Shown piece after piece: positions 60,118 through 64,000 of a stretch of 64,000 bases of DNA. Below the pieces are notes generated by a model. That model was not told the DNA's origin. It ran no database searches and worked only from the letters and a program-made list of their open reading frames with translations. The first letter of the stretch is position 1, and every line of letters begins with the position of its first letter. A program made the translations under genes and the position numbers. Source of the DNA: an uncultured Sulfitobacter sp. (GTDB lineage Bacteria; Pseudomonadota; Alphaproteobacteria; Rhodobacterales; Rhodobacteraceae); assembly GCA_963976125.1 (NCBI GenBank), contig CAXBKL010000001.1, positions 3,644 through 67,643 on the forward strand, given 5' to 3'.

Positions 60118-61010
60118 TTGCCCGGCCCAAGGAAACGGCGGTTCGCAATCACCGCCAACAAATCATTCAGCGAAGAATTTGCAGGTCGGTTTGACGTATT
60201 AACCTGCGCGGATGCGCGCCCATAAAGCGGCTCGCGCGCAAGCAGCAGTTCTTTCAGATGGGCCATCGCTTGCGGGTTGCCCTCCATCGGGCGCAGATCG
60301 CCTTGCGCGCGCACCCGCTGCATATGTTCGGCGGGGCTGGTTCTGACCCAGACGGTGTGGAAACGTTCAAGGAGACGGGCAAAGGTTGTGGGTTCCGCAA
60401 CGATCCCGCCCGCCACTGCCAGGATCATCCGGTCATGGGCCGCGCTGATCCGGTCCAGCGCCTCGGCTTCCATCTTGCGATAGCCACTTTCCCCATAAAA
60501 CGCCATGATTTCCGGCAAGGGCATGCCTGCACCACGTTCGATGTCATCGTTCAATTCGACAAACGGAATGTTCAGCGCCTCACCAGCCAATTGGCCCAAA
60601 GTTGATTTCCCCGCACCGCGCAACCCAATCAGGCAAATGCGACCCGCGCGCAGAACGCCGGGGTTTTGCGGTGCCAGCAAGGTGCACACCTGATCCTGCA
60701 CAGCACCGGGTGCCTCGCGGTAAAGCGATGCAACCCGTTGGACATCGTGGTCAACGGCGTTTTCTTCTGCCAACAGCGCCTCAATCCGCAAATCAAGCGC
60801 CTGCGCCACCCGTTGCAGCAACAGCACCGAAATATTGCCCGCGCCGGCCTCCAACTGGGCCAGATAGCGCGGCGAAACGCCAGAGCGTTCCGACAACACG
60901 CGGCGGGGCATACCGCGCAGCTTGCGGGCCTCTGCCACCCGCGCGGCCAGCCGCGCGATCAACCGCGCCCCTGCGCCATCATCCTGCTGCGGGTCGGGCA
61001 TCAAGCTCAT
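60114..61010 (-). CDS. boxR: BoxR/BzdR-type regulator (XRE HTH plus shikimate-kinase-like domain)
   Basis: HTH SERSGVSPRYLAQLEAGAGNIS; IGLRGAGKSTLG; next to boxAB. Confidence 0.88.
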   Translation of the reverse strand: MSLMPDPQQDDGAGARLIARLAARVAEARKLRGMPRRVLSERSGVSPRYLAQLEAGAGNISVLLLQRVAQALDLRIEALLAEENAVDHDVQRVASLYREAPGAVQDQVCTLLAPQNPGVLRAGRICLIGLRGAGKSTLGQLAGEALNIPFVELNDDIERGAGMPLPEIMAFYGESGYRKMEAEALDRISAAHDRMILAVAGGIVAEPTTFARLLERFHTVWVRTSPAEHMQRVRAQGDLRPMEGNPQAMAHLKELLLAREPLYGRASAQVNTSNRPANSSLNDLLAVIANRRFLGPGK

Positions 61011-61053
61011 CTCAGATCACCTTCCAACCCAAATATGCCAGGCAATAGCCTCA

Positions 61054-61476
61054 TCACTCAACCACCAGTTTCGCCTCGATCACAGTGCGCAATCTGTCAG
61101 GTACGGGCTGGCTCTTGAACTGATCGGCCACGGTAAAGACGCATGTGAACATGCCCTGAAAACACAGCACGTCGTCCTGATATCCCTTTACCTGGAATGT
61201 GATTGATTTATTCCCCAAGCGCACCGGAGAGGTTTCGCACAAGAGCGGGTGGCGCGGGGTGACGGGATGGCGAAAATCCATCTCAAGGCGAACAAAGGGG
61301 GTGCCGACATTGTGGTCCAGCTCCATCTGGAACCAGCCGTCGCCGTCAAAATGCGCCTCCCACCAGGCATTGATCGCGTCGAGGGCAAAGTAGGGCAGCC
61401 GCGCCGTATAGGCGATCTTTGCCGGATCACAATCCGCCCAGGTCACATTGACGCTATGCACAAAGAGCGCGGACAT
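61054..61476 (-). CDS. Hotdog-fold acyl-CoA thioesterase (4HBT-like)
   Basis: VTWADCDPAKIAY, PFVRLEMDFRHPV; in the box cluster. Confidence 0.85.
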   Translation of the reverse strand: MSALFVHSVNVTWADCDPAKIAYTARLPYFALDAINAWWEAHFDGDGWFQMELDHNVGTPFVRLEMDFRHPVTPRHPLLCETSPVRLGNKSITFQVKGYQDDVLCFQGMFTCVFTVADQFKSQPVPDRLRTVIEAKLVVE

Positions 61477-61478
61477 CC

Positions 61479-62648
61479 TCAATAGGTCTCCACGTGATAG
61501 CGGCCATCCTCGCGCATCACGTCGCGCAGGGCGGTCCACTGCTCCCCGATGCTTTCAGCAATAGAAGTCATGGCGCGCTCGACGCCTTCCTCCATCCCCC
61601 GCAAACCACAGATGTAGATGTGCAGCTTGTCGTCCCCAAGCAGGTCGGCAATTGCTTCTTCCTCGGCAACCATACGGTCCTGTACGTATTCCTTGCCCGC
61701 GTCCGGCAGGCGGCTGAACACCAGATGTTGTTTCAACAGCTTTTCCGGCACCTTCTTGAGCGGGCCAAAATACGGCAGGCTTTCGGGATTACGCGCGCCA
61801 AAGAACATTGTCATGCCCCCCGTTGCCCCGGACCGCTGGCGCTGCATGGTAAAGGCCCGCATCGGCGCCGACCCGGTGCCCGTGCAGATCAGCAACAGAT
61901 GCGCATCCGGTGTGCTCGGCATCAGGAACGTCGCGCCAAACGGGCCTGTCACCTCCACCTGTGCGCCCTGTTCGAGATCACAAAGATAGTTGGAGGCAAG
62001 ACCCTTGTTTTCCCGCTTCACGGTCAGCGAAATGTTGTGAAACCCCGGCCGCTCCCCGTCACGGGGGCTTGAGACGGAATAGAGCCGCGGCAGATGCGCA
62101 TTGCCCTGCGCATCGGTGCCGGGCGGGATAATGCCCACGGACTGCCCTTCCAGTACCGGAAACGGCAAGGCGCCGGGATCAAGGATGATGTGGCGCACGT
62201 CATGGTCAGGATCATCCGTCAGGCGGTAGTTGCCCTGTACCGTCATCCTTGCCGGCTTGCCAAGGGTGTACATGTTCACTGTGGGCTTGGCCGCTGCCGC
62301 AGGGGCCCTGGCCCTGCCACCCGCCCCCTTGTGCGCCTCTGCCAACAGGGCCGCGATGGGGTCATCCGCCGGGTCGCTCGCCGCAACCTCAATATCTTCC
62401 TGCACGGGGAGTTCATCAAATTCGTACTGTTCATCAAGGGTATAGGGCGCCGCTACAACCCGCCATTCGTCGATGGACCCCGTAGGGCACACCGGGATGC
62501 AATCCATGCAGAAATTGCAGATGTCGGCGTTCACCACGACATTATTGTCGTCATGTTCGATCGCACCAATGGGACAGGTGTTTTCGCAGGTGTAACACCG
62601 GATGCAGATTTCCGGGTCGATCAGATGTTGTTTGACGGGCTGGGTCAT
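61479..62648 (-). CDS. boxA: Benzoyl-CoA 2,3-epoxidase reductase subunit BoxA
   Basis: Two 4Fe-4S motifs (CIRCYTCENTCP, CNFCMDCIPVCP); FNR-like RLYSVSS, CTGTGSAP, YICGL, VETY. Confidence 0.94.
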   Translation of the reverse strand: MTQPVKQHLIDPEICIRCYTCENTCPIGAIEHDDNNVVVNADICNFCMDCIPVCPTGSIDEWRVVAAPYTLDEQYEFDELPVQEDIEVAASDPADDPIAALLAEAHKGAGGRARAPAAAAKPTVNMYTLGKPARMTVQGNYRLTDDPDHDVRHIILDPGALPFPVLEGQSVGIIPPGTDAQGNAHLPRLYSVSSPRDGERPGFHNISLTVKRENKGLASNYLCDLEQGAQVEVTGPFGATFLMPSTPDAHLLLICTGTGSAPMRAFTMQRQRSGATGGMTMFFGARNPESLPYFGPLKKVPEKLLKQHLVFSRLPDAGKEYVQDRMVAEEEAIADLLGDDKLHIYICGLRGMEEGVERAMTSIAESIGEQWTALRDVMREDGRYHVETY

Positions 62649-62666
62649 TGCGGGTCTCCGGTGGGG

Positions 62667-62723
62667 GGCGTGGGGTAGACCCCCAACCCTACATGGGTTC
62701 GTAGGGGGGAAGTCTACCCCGCC
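62667..62723. repeat. Inverted pair of GTAG-type REP-like units
   Basis: Minus-strand GTAG-GGTTGGGG-GTCTA-CCCCACG and plus-strand GTAG-GGGGG-AAGTCTA-CCCCGCC, separated by 8 nt. Confidence 0.55.
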
Positions 62724-62730
62724 AACGTGC

Positions 62731-64000
62731 TCACGCCATATGCAGCTTCACATATTCATAATCACCCGGCTTGTTATCAATCCCGACCTTGGGTGGCGCA
62801 ATCCAGGACGCGTATTTGCCCGCCTCGAAACAGGGCACCATCAGCGATTGAATGAAATCCCCATCCGCCTTGGTCGGCAACCATTTGTGGGCCTGATTTT
62901 GCCAGTCCTCCACTGACATGATGTTGCCATCGGGATCGACGGCCACCGATGAAAACACGCCAATCTGGCGGTGGAACCCCTCATGAGGCAGCTTCAGTTC
63001 AAATTCGACCCCGGATTTGGCTATCAGCTTGTTCCAGCGGCCCACGCCGCCCGCTGCATCCCGCACGTAGTCATCGCGCAGGCGCATGTTGATCGCCGTG
63101 AGGGCCGGGACGTCCTGCGTGAGGATATTGCCCTCAACAATCGACGTTACCGCATAGGTATCTTCCGTCAACTTGTGGTCATCGTCGATCCGGTGTTCCA
63201 TGTAGCGGCCCTTGATACCCGCGTTGAAGGCATTGGCGGCGTTGGTCGACACTTCCTGCCCAAACAGGTCAAGCGACAGGGTGTAATGCAGGTTCAGCTT
63301 TTTCTGGATTGTAGGCAGGTCGATGACGCCGAGATCGCGGATCTTGTTGATGTCAAAAGGATCGGTGATGCCCGCCTTGTTCATCGCTTCGACCGTCGCT
63401 TGAATCGTGCGCCCGACGCCGGTTTCCCCAACAAACATATGGTGCGCCTCTTCGGTCAACATGAAGCGGCAGGTGCGTGACAGCGGGTCAAAGCCCGATT
63501 GTGCGAGCGATTCCAGCTGCATCTTGCCGTCCCGGTCGGTGAAGTAGGTGAACATGAAGAACGACAGCCAGTCCGGTGTCTCTTCGTTGAACGCGCCCAA
63601 CATGCGCGGCGCGTCTTCGTCCCCGGACGAGCGGACCAGCATATCATTGGCTTCCTCACGCCCATCGCGGCCAAAGTATTTTTGCAGCAAATACACCATC
63701 GCCCAGAGGTGACGCCCCTCTTCGACGTTCACCTGAAACAGGTTGCGCATGTCATACAGGGACGGTGCGGTCAGACCCAGAAACCGCTGTTGTTCGACTG
63801 ACCCCGGTTCGGTGTCCCCCTGGATCACGATCAACCGCTTGAGCATGTTGCGATATTCGCCCGGCACTTCCTGCCAGGCAGGTTCGCCCAGATGCTCACC
63901 CATGGCGATCTTGCGATCCTCGACTGCGGGGGCCAGCAGAACACCCCAACGGTATTCGGGCATTTTCACATAATCGAATTTGGCCCAGCCTTTTGGGTCC
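62731..64000 (-). CDS. boxB: Benzoyl-CoA 2,3-epoxidase di-iron subunit BoxB, 5' end outside window
   Basis: QGDTEPGSVEQQ, VEEGRHLWAM, EEAHHMFVG; frame stays open to the window edge. Confidence 0.94.
   Translation of the reverse strand, partial: DPKGWAKFDYVKMPEYRWGVLLAPAVEDRKIAMGEHLGEPAWQEVPGEYRNMLKRLIVIQGDTEPGSVEQQRFLGLTAPSLYDMRNLFQVNVEEGRHLWAMVYLLQKYFGRDGREEANDMLVRSSGDEDAPRMLGAFNEETPDWLSFFMFTYFTDRDGKMQLESLAQSGFDPLSRTCRFMLTEEAHHMFVGETGVGRTIQATVEAMNKAGITDPFDINKIRDLGVIDLPTIQKKLNLHYTLSLDLFGQEVSTNAANAFNAGIKGRYMEHRIDDDHKLTEDTYAVTSIVEGNILTQDVPALTAINMRLRDDYVRDAAGGVGRWNKLIAKSGVEFELKLPHEGFHRQIGVFSSVAVDPDGNIMSVEDWQNQAHKWLPTKADGDFIQSLMVPCFEAGKYASWIAPPKVGIDNKPGDYEYVKLHMA

Noticed and set aside
1-64000. 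CRISPR array, tRNA/rRNA, integrase or transposase genes
   Set aside because: No spacer-repeat arrays, T-loop/anticodon cloverleafs or DDE/tyrosine-recombinase ORFs were seen by eye; a tRNAscan/cmscan run would be the definitive check.

Overview
GC-rich alphaproteobacterial chromosome segment, most likely a roseobacter-group Rhodobacteraceae (inferred from gene content and order; no database search was possible). It is mostly core genome: rapZ-hprK-chvG-chvI/pckA; tauE/mcd; recO-era-rnc-lepB-acpS-pdxJ-rsh-rpoZ-folK; ispH, rnhA, fmt plus three def paralogs; cbiB, smc; the F0 ATP synthase operon; ffh-rpsP-rimM-trmD; ppk2, rplS-rpmE, mipZ. The right end holds aromatic-catabolism genes (fahA, boxR, thioesterase, boxA, truncated boxB). 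I saw no rRNA, tRNA, CRISPR array, integrase or transposase. The best candidate for an undescribed system is a three-gene module at 5653-7994: a GNAT-like orphan with a perfect CtrA-type box upstream, a LysR-HTH fused to a PAS-like domain, and a divergent PraR-like XRE regulator. Other leads are a catalytically dead deformylase paralog, an atypical receiver with a CtrA box, tandem NrdR-like boxes before smc, an FNR box before ppk2, structured leaders of ffh and rplS, two small proteins missing from the ORF track, an internally deleted GNAT pseudogene, a lone P450 and a GTAG-type REP doublet. Family names come from motif recognition by eye. Many start codons were moved from the ORF track using RBS and gene-overlap evidence.
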